DNA from: a virus
Taxonomy: Duplodnaviria; Caudoviricetes
Strand: one strand, 5' to 3'
Length of the DNA: 37,528 bases
IMG/VR virus record: IMGVR_UViG_3300037855_000079
Span: 1 to 37,528 of that record
The notes beneath the pieces are model-generated. The model was not told the DNA's origin. It worked only from the letters and a program-made list of their open reading frames with translations, and ran no database searches. Every line of letters begins with the position of its first letter. The first letter of the stretch is position 1. Made by a program: the position numbers and the translations under genes. This document shows, one piece after another, positions 27,292 to 35,236 of the stretch.

Positions 27292-27599
27292 TACGCCCCC
27301 GCCTTTTGCGCTGCGATCGCAATCTGCGGTCCGCATAGCGCACGCCATTTGACATTATGAATTTTGGCCTGCCGGATGCTTTCCGGAGTGTCATCCTCGG
27401 ACCAGTAAAAGGGTTTGCTCGCCCCGCAATAAACCAGCGGAAGGCGGTCTTGCTTTTTGTCTTTCGCGGAAGCGGTCACGACATCCGGGACCGGACCGTC
27501 AGTTTCTCCGGAACCCGTCGTCATCATGCAGCCGGTCAGGATGAGCATTGAGCTCATGCTCCATATCAAGCTCAGCAGTGCGGGCTTTTTGAAGGGCAT
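27291..27599 (-). CDS. Putative o-spanin (Rz1-like lipoprotein)
   Basis: ATG 27599 with GGAGG RBS gives MPFKKPALLSLIWSMSSMLILTG-C (signal peptide + lipobox); further Cys residues; overlaps upstream gene. Confidence 0.72.
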   Translation of the reverse strand: MPFKKPALLSLIWSMSSMLILTGCMMTTGSGETDGPVPDVVTASAKDKKQDRLPLVYCGASKPFYWSEDDTPESIRQAKIHNVKWRALCGPQIAIAAQKAGA

Positions 27600-27729
27600 T
27601 GGTGGCCTCCGTAAAAAACGCAGCGACCGCCTCAGCGCGGCCACCATTACGGATCTGCCGCTCCCGCATGCCCGCAGAGACTTCCCGAAGGAACCCGAGC
27701 AAAGCACCGAGAGCGGAAATCCAGCTCAT
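27499..27729 (-). CDS. Putative i-spanin (Rz-like)
   Basis: 76 aa, hydrophobic N-terminus then helical region, ending DDDGFRRN; 3' part overlaps the lipoprotein gene. Confidence 0.62.
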   Translation of the reverse strand: MSWISALGALLGFLREVSAGMRERQIRNGGRAEAVAAFFTEATNALQKARTAELDMEHELNAHPDRLHDDDGFRRN

Positions 27730-27735
27730 GGCAAA

Positions 27736-27963
27736 TCAGCCTATTCGGCTGGTTGCGGTGACCCGGCCGTAGATGGCCAGGAGCCCGCCAGCCACAACGG
27801 CAATGCTGTCCCAGGCGACAAGCGCCTGGTCATACAGCCCAATGAGGTCCTGTTGGTCTGTTGCGGTGATTTCAAACCCGAATAGACCGGCAAGGCTGGC
27901 GACGATCGCGATCACCGCGCCCCAAAAGGTTTTCGACTTGAAGAGAGATTTCGTGCTGTTCAT
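27736..27963 (-). CDS. Putative holin
   Basis: 75 aa, two TM segments, KSLFKSKTFWG N-terminus, AIYGRVTA C-terminus; follows endolysin. Confidence 0.78.
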   Translation of the reverse strand: MNSTKSLFKSKTFWGAVIAIVASLAGLFGFEITATDQQDLIGLYDQALVAWDSIAVVAGGLLAIYGRVTATSRIG

Positions 27964-28003
27964 TTTCGAGGTCCTGAAGTTGGTTGGCTGGAGTGGGTGG
28001 CGC

Positions 28004-28660
28004 TTACCGTTTCTTTGCCGCAGCTTTCAGCGCCTTGCGGGTTTTGGGGCCGACGATGCCGTCTGGAACGAGGCCCTGATCCCGCTGGAAACGTTGCACC
28101 GCACGGTGGGTTCGCGGCCCAAAGCCCCCGTCGATCGCAAGACCATGGCCGAGCTTGAAAAGCTGTCTTTGAAGATGTTCAACAGCAGGCCCATTATCTC
28201 CGATCCGCAGCATGCGCTGGGTCAGCGCCTCCGTCCGATCGGAAACAAAAGGTGCTGATTCGGAGAGCGCAGGATTGTCGTTTTTCCGGTAGAACTTCCA
28301 AGGCAACTGGAAGTGTGGACCGTCAAAGAAGCTGCGCCAATCGCCACCCCATTCTATTCGAATGCCGAGTTCTTCAGCCGCCTCTTTCATGGCGTCTGCG
28401 ATCCGGTAGTAGAGCGGAACTTCCCAAGACACGCGATTGCCGACCATCGCAACAACATCGACGGCATGGCCGGACAGATGGCGGGAGTTCATGGTTTTGG
28501 AGGCACCGCGCCGGACAAGCTCGCGCTGCCGGGAAGGGGTCCGCACACCTTCGGTGATTTGAAACGGCTGACCCGTGATCTCGGCCGCGCGCAAGACAAC
28601 CCGCACAAGATCCGGGTGGACGCCTTTAAGTCGGTTGAGGCTGGTTTTGGTAAGGGACAT
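28004..28660 (-). CDS. Endolysin: M15-family L-Ala-D-Glu peptidase + C-terminal peptidoglycan-binding domain
   Basis: SRHLSGHAVD and DGPHFQL zinc motifs, WGGDW; C-terminal DGGFGPRT...FQRDQGLVPDGIVGPKT. Confidence 0.95.
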   Translation of the reverse strand: MSLTKTSLNRLKGVHPDLVRVVLRAAEITGQPFQITEGVRTPSRQRELVRRGASKTMNSRHLSGHAVDVVAMVGNRVSWEVPLYYRIADAMKEAAEELGIRIEWGGDWRSFFDGPHFQLPWKFYRKNDNPALSESAPFVSDRTEALTQRMLRIGDNGPAVEHLQRQLFKLGHGLAIDGGFGPRTHRAVQRFQRDQGLVPDGIVGPKTRKALKAAAKKR

Positions 28661-28686
28661 TGACCCCCCCTTTTGTTGAGAGGATC

Positions 28687-28735
28687 AGTTTGCTGGGCAG
28701 ATACTCAATCGAGACCGGCGACACTTGTCACCGGC
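28687..28735 (-). promoter_or_regulatory. Putative activator-dependent late promoter of lysis/packaging operon (dyad + -10)
   Basis: Dyad ACCGGCGACA-CT-TGTCACCGGC at 28714-28735, then 21 nt to CAAACT; 20/22 identical to the copy at 19903. Confidence 0.75.
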
Positions 28736-28743
28736 AGGAGATT

Positions 28744-29175
28744 TTAGCCCGTTTTGGGAAGGTCAAAAAAATCTGGTTGGCGTCGGTCTGGATCGGCCGA
28801 CATGTTGTCACCTAGCCGCCTTTGAACGGTGCGGCGGGAGACACCGCAGCGCCTGGCAATCACCTCCTGAGAGTTGCCCTCTCTGGCCAGCTTGTCAATT
28901 GCCCTGTGCAAATCGGCACGCGAGCCTGTTGGGCCTAAGGGAATGTCAACGTAGACGCCCCGCAGCCGGTCACTGTCTGCCGTGCCAAGACACATTTCCC
29001 GGCACAGCTTCTTTGCCTTGTCATGACCGATCAGTTTGGAGAGCCAATGTTCCTTTCCCGGTTCGGCCGGAAGGTTGCAACGCGCGCCGCCCTTTTCGCG
29101 GGCGATAAGAAGGGCGCTGTTTTCGCCCACGATCGCGGCGATTTCCGACAAGATACCGGGTAAGTAGGAGGTCAT
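28744..29175 (-). CDS. Mor/C-like late transcription activator (C-terminal HTH)
   Basis: LPGILSEIAAIVG N-terminus, HTH SQEVIARRCGVSRRTVQR; last gene before lysis cassette, as for Mu C. Confidence 0.8.
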   Translation of the reverse strand: MTSYLPGILSEIAAIVGENSALLIAREKGGARCNLPAEPGKEHWLSKLIGHDKAKKLCREMCLGTADSDRLRGVYVDIPLGPTGSRADLHRAIDKLAREGNSQEVIARRCGVSRRTVQRRLGDNMSADPDRRQPDFFDLPKTG

Positions 29176-29178
29176 TCC

Positions 29179-29802
29179 TTATGCCTTCCTCATGCGCCGG
29201 TAGTTTTCCCCGAGCTTGTTCATCGCCTTGATCCAGTCGCCGTCGCTGAGCATCTCCGGTCGCTCTTTTCCACTGACACAGCGCAGCAGCTGCTCAAGAG
29301 AACCGGATGGGTGACGATCCTTTTTCACAAGCTCAGTCCAGATGTGCAGGCAGATCTGGAACCGATGATCGTTCAATAGGCGGGACCGGAGCTTGTCGCG
29401 TGTGAACAGATCCGGGTTCCCGGTCTCACGCCGGAACCAGATTTTCAGAGCGTCAATCGCTTTTGCTGCGTCGTCGTCTTTGGACAGAAACCGATGATGG
29501 TCCAGACCGGTCTGGCGCTTCAACCAAGCAATCATGGCCTTGTCGGACTTGTTGGTGACCACCCCGAGATTGTACCCGGCGATCCAAAGGGCCTGCAGCT
29601 TCTTTGCAAACTTGCCGTTCGCCACCGGGCGGTACTCTGCCGGCACGAGCTTCTGAAGTTCTGAAATGACCGTCAGACGTTGACCATTGGTCATGTCTTT
29701 GGATGACCGGTTTCCCGTGTGCTTTTCCAGAAAGGCCCGGTAGGTGTCATCATCTAAACCGGCTTGGTTTTTCAGGACATGGATTTTCGCGATCGCTGTC
29801 AT
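29179..29802 (-). CDS. gemA: GemA (Mu gp16 / DUF1018) family protein
   Basis: IAKIHVLKNQAGLDDDTYRAFL...SSKDMT, KLQALW, WLKRQTG, IDALK. Confidence 0.9.
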   Translation of the reverse strand: MTAIAKIHVLKNQAGLDDDTYRAFLEKHTGNRSSKDMTNGQRLTVISELQKLVPAEYRPVANGKFAKKLQALWIAGYNLGVVTNKSDKAMIAWLKRQTGLDHHRFLSKDDDAAKAIDALKIWFRRETGNPDLFTRDKLRSRLLNDHRFQICLHIWTELVKKDRHPSGSLEQLLRCVSGKERPEMLSDGDWIKAMNKLGENYRRMRKA

Positions 29803-29805
29803 GCT

Positions 29806-30057
29806 TCAATCCTTGTAAGGAAGCCTGCCTTGCATCTGCCCGCCAACGGCACCGGCATCGCCGAGCGGTTGATGTTGTGGCTTTTGGGAAGCGGCCAATT
29901 CACGTTTTAAAAGTTCGTTTGTAACGGCCCTTAACTCGGCCTGTTCGGCCATCAATCCGGGCCGAAGCTGTACCCTGCGCGACAATCTGGTCCGCCAGTC
30001 GCGCAGGGTTTGCGTCTCACTCAACTCGTACTCGGACGGTTTTGTGAGGCGGGCCAT
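29806..30057 (-). CDS. Hypothetical protein
   Basis: 83 aa, tightly packed in early operon. Confidence 0.6.
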   Translation of the reverse strand: MARLTKPSEYELSETQTLRDWRTRLSRRVQLRPGLMAEQAELRAVTNELLKRELAASQKPQHQPLGDAGAVGGQMQGRLPYKD

Positions 30058-30058
30058 T

Positions 30059-30493
30059 TCAGACCCTCTTGCTGTATCTTGGTTCAGGACGGAACGGCGC
30101 TGGTTGAGTTAGCGAACGCTCAAATGCGGCCGCTGACGGGTCACCCATTAACTGTGCTGTCAGATCACACGGTTGATCAGGTACCGGCTTGCTTTTGGCT
30201 GCTATCGTGCGAAACCGGCGAGGTTGCCATTTGGTTGGTGACACAGGCTCCGGGATCTCAACCGGCTTTGGCTCTGAGCGTGCGGCAACAGGGGCCCCGA
30301 GGGCGACCGGATGGGGTTCAGGCATAGAGACTGAGACCCCAAAAGTTGCAAGGATCTCTTTGTATTCGAGATCAACACGCTGCGCCGTTAGGCCGAGTTC
30401 CTGCCCTATGAATGCACTCTCTTCACCGAGCAATACGTATCCAATCAGCAGCGCTTGCTGCCGGTAGGAGAGCGGTGCAAATCCCTTGCTCAT
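30059..30493 (-). CDS. Hypothetical protein, possible N-terminal HTH
   Basis: 144 aa; IGQELGLTAQRV HTH-like segment, Pro-rich linker, DLTAQLMGDP; ATGA overlap. Confidence 0.6.
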   Translation of the reverse strand: MSKGFAPLSYRQQALLIGYVLLGEESAFIGQELGLTAQRVDLEYKEILATFGVSVSMPEPHPVALGAPVAARSEPKPVEIPEPVSPTKWQPRRFRTIAAKSKPVPDQPCDLTAQLMGDPSAAAFERSLTQPAPFRPEPRYSKRV

Positions 30494-30756
30494 GCCGCTC
30501 CCCCGTCGCTGGATGGAACTGGACGAAGCCTGACTTTAGGAAACGGAATGATGTTTTCGGCGCTCAAGTCCACAACCACGTGATCGGTCGGGAAAGGAAT
30601 GATAGCTGGCTTTGTTTCCATGCCTTCGGCCCGTTCGGCGGCTTCCAGAAGCCTTTCACCAAGGCGCTTGGTGAACTCCTGCAGCCGATCGTGTTCTTGG
30701 GTTTGTGCTGCCGTGAAGCACATGTAGCCGTAGTGGATGAGGTCGGTGCTAAGCAT
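30490..30756 (-). CDS. Hypothetical protein
   Basis: 88 aa; overlaps both neighbours; IIPFP motif occurs twice. Confidence 0.6.
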   Translation of the reverse strand: MLSTDLIHYGYMCFTAAQTQEHDRLQEFTKRLGERLLEAAERAEGMETKPAIIPFPTDHVVVDLSAENIIPFPKVRLRPVPSSDGGAA

Positions 30757-31138
30757 CGTTGCCCCCCGTGTTTTTCAGGCGGGAATGTGGGCAACCATTT
30801 CGGCAAGCCCGATACACCTTCGTGCGAAACGGATTGGTCACAGCGCGCGGTTTGCCTTGCCAGTCCAGGCAAACATTGCGAGCGATCTTTCCTTGCACAG
30901 GGCACGTCACAGTCTCGCCCATAAGGGCTCCACGAACCTTGTCGGCGACCTTGTCAATATCGCCCCGGTACTTGTTGCCAATGGCTTGGCTGATAGCGGC
31001 TGTTGAATACCCGATACGCTTTTCGCATCCACGCAGGCCGTCCCGATCGGCAAGAGCTGCGAGCTCCCGGACCCAATCCGGCAACCCGGCGCCCCAAGCC
31101 AACTCAGCCTTTTCAATCATTGTGAGTGTTTGGGTCAT
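30749..31138 (-). CDS. HTH protein with Cys-rich (putative Zn-binding) C-terminus
   Basis: IGYSTAAISQAIGNKYRGD HTH; CPVQG...C...CRNGCPH; start re-assigned to ATG 31138 (ATGA overlap). Confidence 0.78.
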   Translation of the reverse strand: MTQTLTMIEKAELAWGAGLPDWVRELAALADRDGLRGCEKRIGYSTAAISQAIGNKYRGDIDKVADKVRGALMGETVTCPVQGKIARNVCLDWQGKPRAVTNPFRTKVYRACRNGCPHSRLKNTGGNDA

Positions 31139-31776
31139 GCCGCGCACTCCTCGGCGATAGCCCCACCGATGATTTCCGACCGGTTTTGATCCCAAACAAC
31201 TTTGGCAGCGAGTATCTTTGGCGCTCTTGGTCCGGTATTCATGGACGGCTTTAAACGCCAGATCCGGGTCAGGTTGGCACCGCCTGGGCGGAGGATCTGA
31301 AGATAACCAGCTGCGGCCAGACGCTTCGCATAGGACCCGGCTGTGACCGACGAAACCTCAGTTTCCGGGATAGTCGCTGCTATGCCGAGTTCGTGCTTGT
31401 CGAACTGCGGAAGCAACCGCATTGCATTCCACATTTGCTGATTGCGCAGGCCCTGCGATCCTTGGGAGCCGTCCCGGTTGATAATCGGGGTCGCGGACGG
31501 GCGTTTCAGGAGGCGATAGACGTATTGGGTGCAGTACCCTCCCCGGTCGATCGGCACTCTCTCAGTATCGACCACTTCAATGTAATCGGCCTTTGCGAGC
31601 CGTTTGACAAAGTCCGAGATTGAATAGTCATCCCGATCATTGCTTCTGAGCGCAACTTCCCGGACCGTGAAATGACTGTCGTTCTTGCCGAGGTCCCGGA
31701 TCACGCTCCAATAGTGATCGTGTCCCCGGTAAATCGGTTTGCCAGCCGTGACTGTCAGTTCAAGTTGAATGGACAT
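31135..31776 (-). CDS. Conserved Mu-like early protein with tandem winged-helix-like domains
   Basis: 213 aa; repeated W..R...F / LAKADYI / LAAAGYL pattern; NTGPRAP; follows B. Confidence 0.7.
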   Translation of the reverse strand: MSIQLELTVTAGKPIYRGHDHYWSVIRDLGKNDSHFTVREVALRSNDRDDYSISDFVKRLAKADYIEVVDTERVPIDRGGYCTQYVYRLLKRPSATPIINRDGSQGSQGLRNQQMWNAMRLLPQFDKHELGIAATIPETEVSSVTAGSYAKRLAAAGYLQILRPGGANLTRIWRLKPSMNTGPRAPKILAAKVVWDQNRSEIIGGAIAEECAA

Positions 31777-32534
31777 TACGCGGCCCTCCGAATGCGGCGA
31801 GGCGGCTCGCCTGTATAGAACTCAGAGGCGTGGAACTGTTCTTCCGTCAGTTCATCGCAACCAAGGTTCTTGGCCTTGATCTTCATGTTGTTGAAGTTCA
31901 CCGCCAGACGCCGTGCACGGCCTTCGCTCTTTTGCAACGTGGACTGGATCAAGCCTTCTGAAAGGCTCACGCCAGGACAGTAGATTTCAGCAAGGGCGTG
32001 GGCGTCGGAGAGGTCGCAGGGCTCGGCCGGAACCCATTGCAAAACCCGGTTGTGAACGCGCTCCACTTTCTGGAGTTTCGCCGGGAGCTGTTCTTCGCCG
32101 ATCAGGAGCAAAGGAACCTGACTGTGTTCCTGCAGCTCGCGGATCAATTCCAGCATACCTTTGTCGGCGAGCTTGTCGGCTTCGTCGATAATGAGAGGAC
32201 GGCCGATATCGTCGCCAAGAGCCATAATGGCTTGCTTGGCAAGTTCCGGGATAACGGTGCTTTTGGGAAGGTCCACCCCCAATTCGCTAAGGAGGTTTTG
32301 CAACAAGGTTTTCCGGGTCCAGCTGTCGCCGACTTCAATCACAGCCGCGTTTGTCATGTTCTGTGCGAAGATGGCGGCGAAGGTCTTGCCGTAGCCGCTG
32401 TAACCGTGAAAAACGCCGATGCCTGGGAGATGGGGAGCGCGCCCGCGCAGCTCTTCCACCAACGTCATGAAGCGCCAGACGTTCTGAAGCTTGGCGAGAC
32501 CGCCGCCATTGACATTTTGAGAGTTCATGATCAT
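31776..32534 (-). CDS. Transposition ATPase (MuB-like AAA+)
   Basis: Walker A GYSGYGKT, Walker B LIIDEAD, LLIGEE; follows transposase. Start re-assigned to ATG 32534 (or 32528). Confidence 0.92.
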   Translation of the reverse strand: MIMNSQNVNGGGLAKLQNVWRFMTLVEELRGRAPHLPGIGVFHGYSGYGKTFAAIFAQNMTNAAVIEVGDSWTRKTLLQNLLSELGVDLPKSTVIPELAKQAIMALGDDIGRPLIIDEADKLADKGMLELIRELQEHSQVPLLLIGEEQLPAKLQKVERVHNRVLQWVPAEPCDLSDAHALAEIYCPGVSLSEGLIQSTLQKSEGRARRLAVNFNNMKIKAKNLGCDELTEEQFHASEFYTGEPPRRIRRAA

Positions 32535-32560
32535 TCTAATCCTGTCTGATCTTGATTTAC

Positions 32561-32588
32561 GGCTCTGAGAGTTGCAGCTCTCAGGGCC
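32561..32588. repeat. Hairpin between A and B genes
   Basis: GGCTCTGAGAG-TTGCAG-CTCTCAGGGCC. Confidence 0.75.
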
Positions 32589-32621
32589 ATTTTCTTTGCC
32601 CATCCGGTGGGTACGCGGGCG

Positions 32622-34772
32622 TTACAACTGGTTTGCTTGGTTGCTGTGTTCCTCCATCAATTTCCGGGCGCGATATTCGCCGCCGGACTGGTATCCAGTC
32701 AGCCAATGGGCGTCCTTTTCTGAGAGCTGCTGACCGTCTTTGATCCGGTCCTCTAGCTGGCAGGCACGCAGCCAACGGCGCTCCGGTGTGTCGAGAGTGT
32801 TGAGGGGTTCCGGTGCCGCCGTGCGGTCCGCCATTGGATTGCTGAACTTCGCCTTGACTGCCTCTTCAGCCGTGCTCAACGGGCGGGGTGATGATTTCCG
32901 GCTAACGGTCTTGGCCGCTTCGATGGCGGGCGTGGTGTGCCCCTCCTGACGGCCGGGGAACGAAACGATATCGGCGTTGTGCTGGGAGGCTCGTTTTTCA
33001 GCTTCCATGATGGTGCGCGGGGTGACTTCGCGGCGGGCCTGTTGGATCGGCTTTGCAAACTCTCGATAGATTGCGTTCTGCCGGGCGCGGACCTTTGCGA
33101 TGGTTTCGACCGGATCAAGACCGGCAAGATCCGGACAAACCGCTTCACCCAGGTAGGTTTCGCCATCCGGCTCAAAGAGCCAGATCCGCCCGAGATCATC
33201 AGGGTTCTGGCGGCAAAACACTTGCGTGTCCGGCATGACATCATAGGATAAGTAGAACTCGCCTTTGATCCGGACGCCGTTCTTGGTGACAGTCCGGATC
33301 CCATCTTTGCCTATGGCTGGCGCCAGAAGGACGCGCAGGGTTTCTTCTGACGGTGCCGCGCGGACCGGATCCGTCCAAGCTGCGGCCACCTGCATGGGTG
33401 ACTTGCCCTTCAGGCCTGAATGGGCGCGGAAGGCGTATTTCTGATCCGCCCACCAATCGGCGTGCTGTTGAAGCTCGGCAGCGGTTAGATCGACACTGAA
33501 AAGAACATCATCTTGAAGGCCGAGACGGGCGTGGAATGCCTTGCGGCTCTCAATCACTTTCCGATCGGAAACACTATGGCCGATGAAGCCCGGAAGCGTG
33601 GCGGAACAGTCCCGTTGAAACGTACCAATGACACGTTCGACAGTCCCTTTTTGCTCGGGGCTGTAGGCTGCTGAAACATCAACCTCAATGCCGAGGTTGT
33701 CCAACAATCGCGTGGTGGCCCGCGCCTTGAAGTCGGACCCGTTGTCGGTCTTTAGGATCTCCGGAACACCCCAAGCCAAAAGGCTCTTGCGGATCATCAA
33801 GCCAACAGCTGCTGCACGCGGTGTTTCGCTGACAAGGATCTTCACGCGCCGCGAATAAAGGTCAATGCATAGGTAGAGGTTCCGGCGACCGTCTTTGGTC
33901 ATCACGTCGGATGGCGAGGCATCGATTTCCCAAACTTCGTTTAGTCGATCGACACGCTGTCCGCCTGTCGCCACCATGCGGACGGTGGACTTGTATTTGT
34001 CCGGATTGGTCATCCGCAACAGCTCGTTGCGGTGCTCATGTTTCCAGCCTTTAAGAGCGTTTTGAAACGTCCTTAAAGGGGGCATGGCTTTCCGGGTTTG
34101 CCCTTTGGCCGTTGCGACCAGGACAGACGGTCCATACTTGGCGATCGCCGCATTGCGGATATGCTCGGCGCTCAGGAACTGGTTCTCAGCGTAGAGCGCG
34201 AGGCAGTAGGTACGAACCGCTCCACCTTCCGCCCGATCGAGAACACCGGTGCCTTTGCGGGCATTGGCGGGATCATAGGCCAGACGGTTTTGATCTGTAC
34301 GGGCATCACTGCGCCAGCGGTGCATGGTGCGGGTGGAGATCTTCTTTACATGCTCAAGAACCCATTCGGGGAGCGGCACCTTGCCGTCTTCAAACAGCTG
34401 GCAGAAGAGATGATCAGACCCCGACGCACCTAGGCCACTGGTCTTGCGGAAACGGTCCGCAACCTTAAGCAAGATCAACCGGGCATCCCGCGTGCTGAGT
34501 TCGCGCCGGTTCAATTCGTTGGTGGTTTCAGTCTCGTAGTCTTCGCGCTCAACCCGAACAAAGGTCCCGGCATATTCGAGGCGCTGAGCAAGCGGCAGGA
34601 GGTCGATATGGTATTCCATACCTCCGCCGCCCTCACGGCCCTGGCGTTTCCGAGCCAAACATGTGGCTGCCCAATCATCACGGTCTGCGATCTTTTGAAC
34701 ACCCCGTTTCGTTGCCGGAAACCCCTCCAGGCCGAGATCGGCTATCTCCTGCGCTGTCAGCCAGAGTTTCAT
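32622..34772 (-). CDS. DDE transposase (MuA-like)
   Basis: N-terminal Mu-type HTH (WLTAQEIA...GGGMEYH), catalytic WEIDAS / KTDNGSDF / KGTVER. Start at ATG 34772 (ATGA overlap). Confidence 0.96.
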   Translation of the reverse strand: MKLWLTAQEIADLGLEGFPATKRGVQKIADRDDWAATCLARKRQGREGGGGMEYHIDLLPLAQRLEYAGTFVRVEREDYETETTNELNRRELSTRDARLILLKVADRFRKTSGLGASGSDHLFCQLFEDGKVPLPEWVLEHVKKISTRTMHRWRSDARTDQNRLAYDPANARKGTGVLDRAEGGAVRTYCLALYAENQFLSAEHIRNAAIAKYGPSVLVATAKGQTRKAMPPLRTFQNALKGWKHEHRNELLRMTNPDKYKSTVRMVATGGQRVDRLNEVWEIDASPSDVMTKDGRRNLYLCIDLYSRRVKILVSETPRAAAVGLMIRKSLLAWGVPEILKTDNGSDFKARATTRLLDNLGIEVDVSAAYSPEQKGTVERVIGTFQRDCSATLPGFIGHSVSDRKVIESRKAFHARLGLQDDVLFSVDLTAAELQQHADWWADQKYAFRAHSGLKGKSPMQVAAAWTDPVRAAPSEETLRVLLAPAIGKDGIRTVTKNGVRIKGEFYLSYDVMPDTQVFCRQNPDDLGRIWLFEPDGETYLGEAVCPDLAGLDPVETIAKVRARQNAIYREFAKPIQQARREVTPRTIMEAEKRASQHNADIVSFPGRQEGHTTPAIEAAKTVSRKSSPRPLSTAEEAVKAKFSNPMADRTAAPEPLNTLDTPERRWLRACQLEDRIKDGQQLSEKDAHWLTGYQSGGEYRARKLMEEHSNQANQL

Positions 34773-35236
34773 CGGGGCCCCCATGCTTTTGCCTGGAGGG
34801 TGCGCTTGAAATTAGAGACCTGTTTTTCGTGGTCTTCGATCAGCGCAAGGGTGATGACGTTTTCGTACTTCGCCGGAACGACCTTCAGATCGAAGTCATC
34901 GGCGAGAAAGCCGAGCAGCTCGGTCTTGCCAGTTGCAGCGACTAGGGCGATGAACCGCTCCACCGTGATGTTGTTGTCGAGTTTGGCTTCGCTCGCATAG
35001 GCATCCAGCGTTGTTACGCTGACTTTATGGCCGAGACGGTCACTCATGGTGGCCGCGATCTCTTCGCGGCTTCGGTCGCATTCTTTGAGGGCCTTGGCGA
35101 CGGCGCGGCTGATCCGGGAGGCGAGCCGTGTGCCCTGGATTGCGTTCGGCTCAAAACCGACAGCCACCTTTGGCGGTGTCCAATCGAGGAACATGTCCGG
35201 GGTAAGTGTGTCTTTTGGGGGACGGCCTCTACGCAT
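34769..35236 (-). CDS. Hypothetical DNA-binding protein upstream of transposase
   Basis: 155 aa; SREEIAATMS...TLDAYASEA HTH-like; overlaps both neighbours. Confidence 0.75.
   Translation of the reverse strand: MRRGRPPKDTLTPDMFLDWTPPKVAVGFEPNAIQGTRLASRISRAVAKALKECDRSREEIAATMSDRLGHKVSVTTLDAYASEAKLDNNITVERFIALVAATGKTELLGFLADDFDLKVVPAKYENVITLALIEDHEKQVSNFKRTLQAKAWGPR

Noticed and set aside
28664-28670. G7 run upstream of endolysin as a phase-variation tract
   Set aside because: Short, non-coding, and adequately explained as the Shine-Dalgarno.
28796-28812. Partial late-promoter dyad GCCGACA-TGT-TGTCACC inside the activator gene
   Set aside because: 3-bp instead of 2-bp spacer and degenerate outer arms; could be a weak site but is not supportable.
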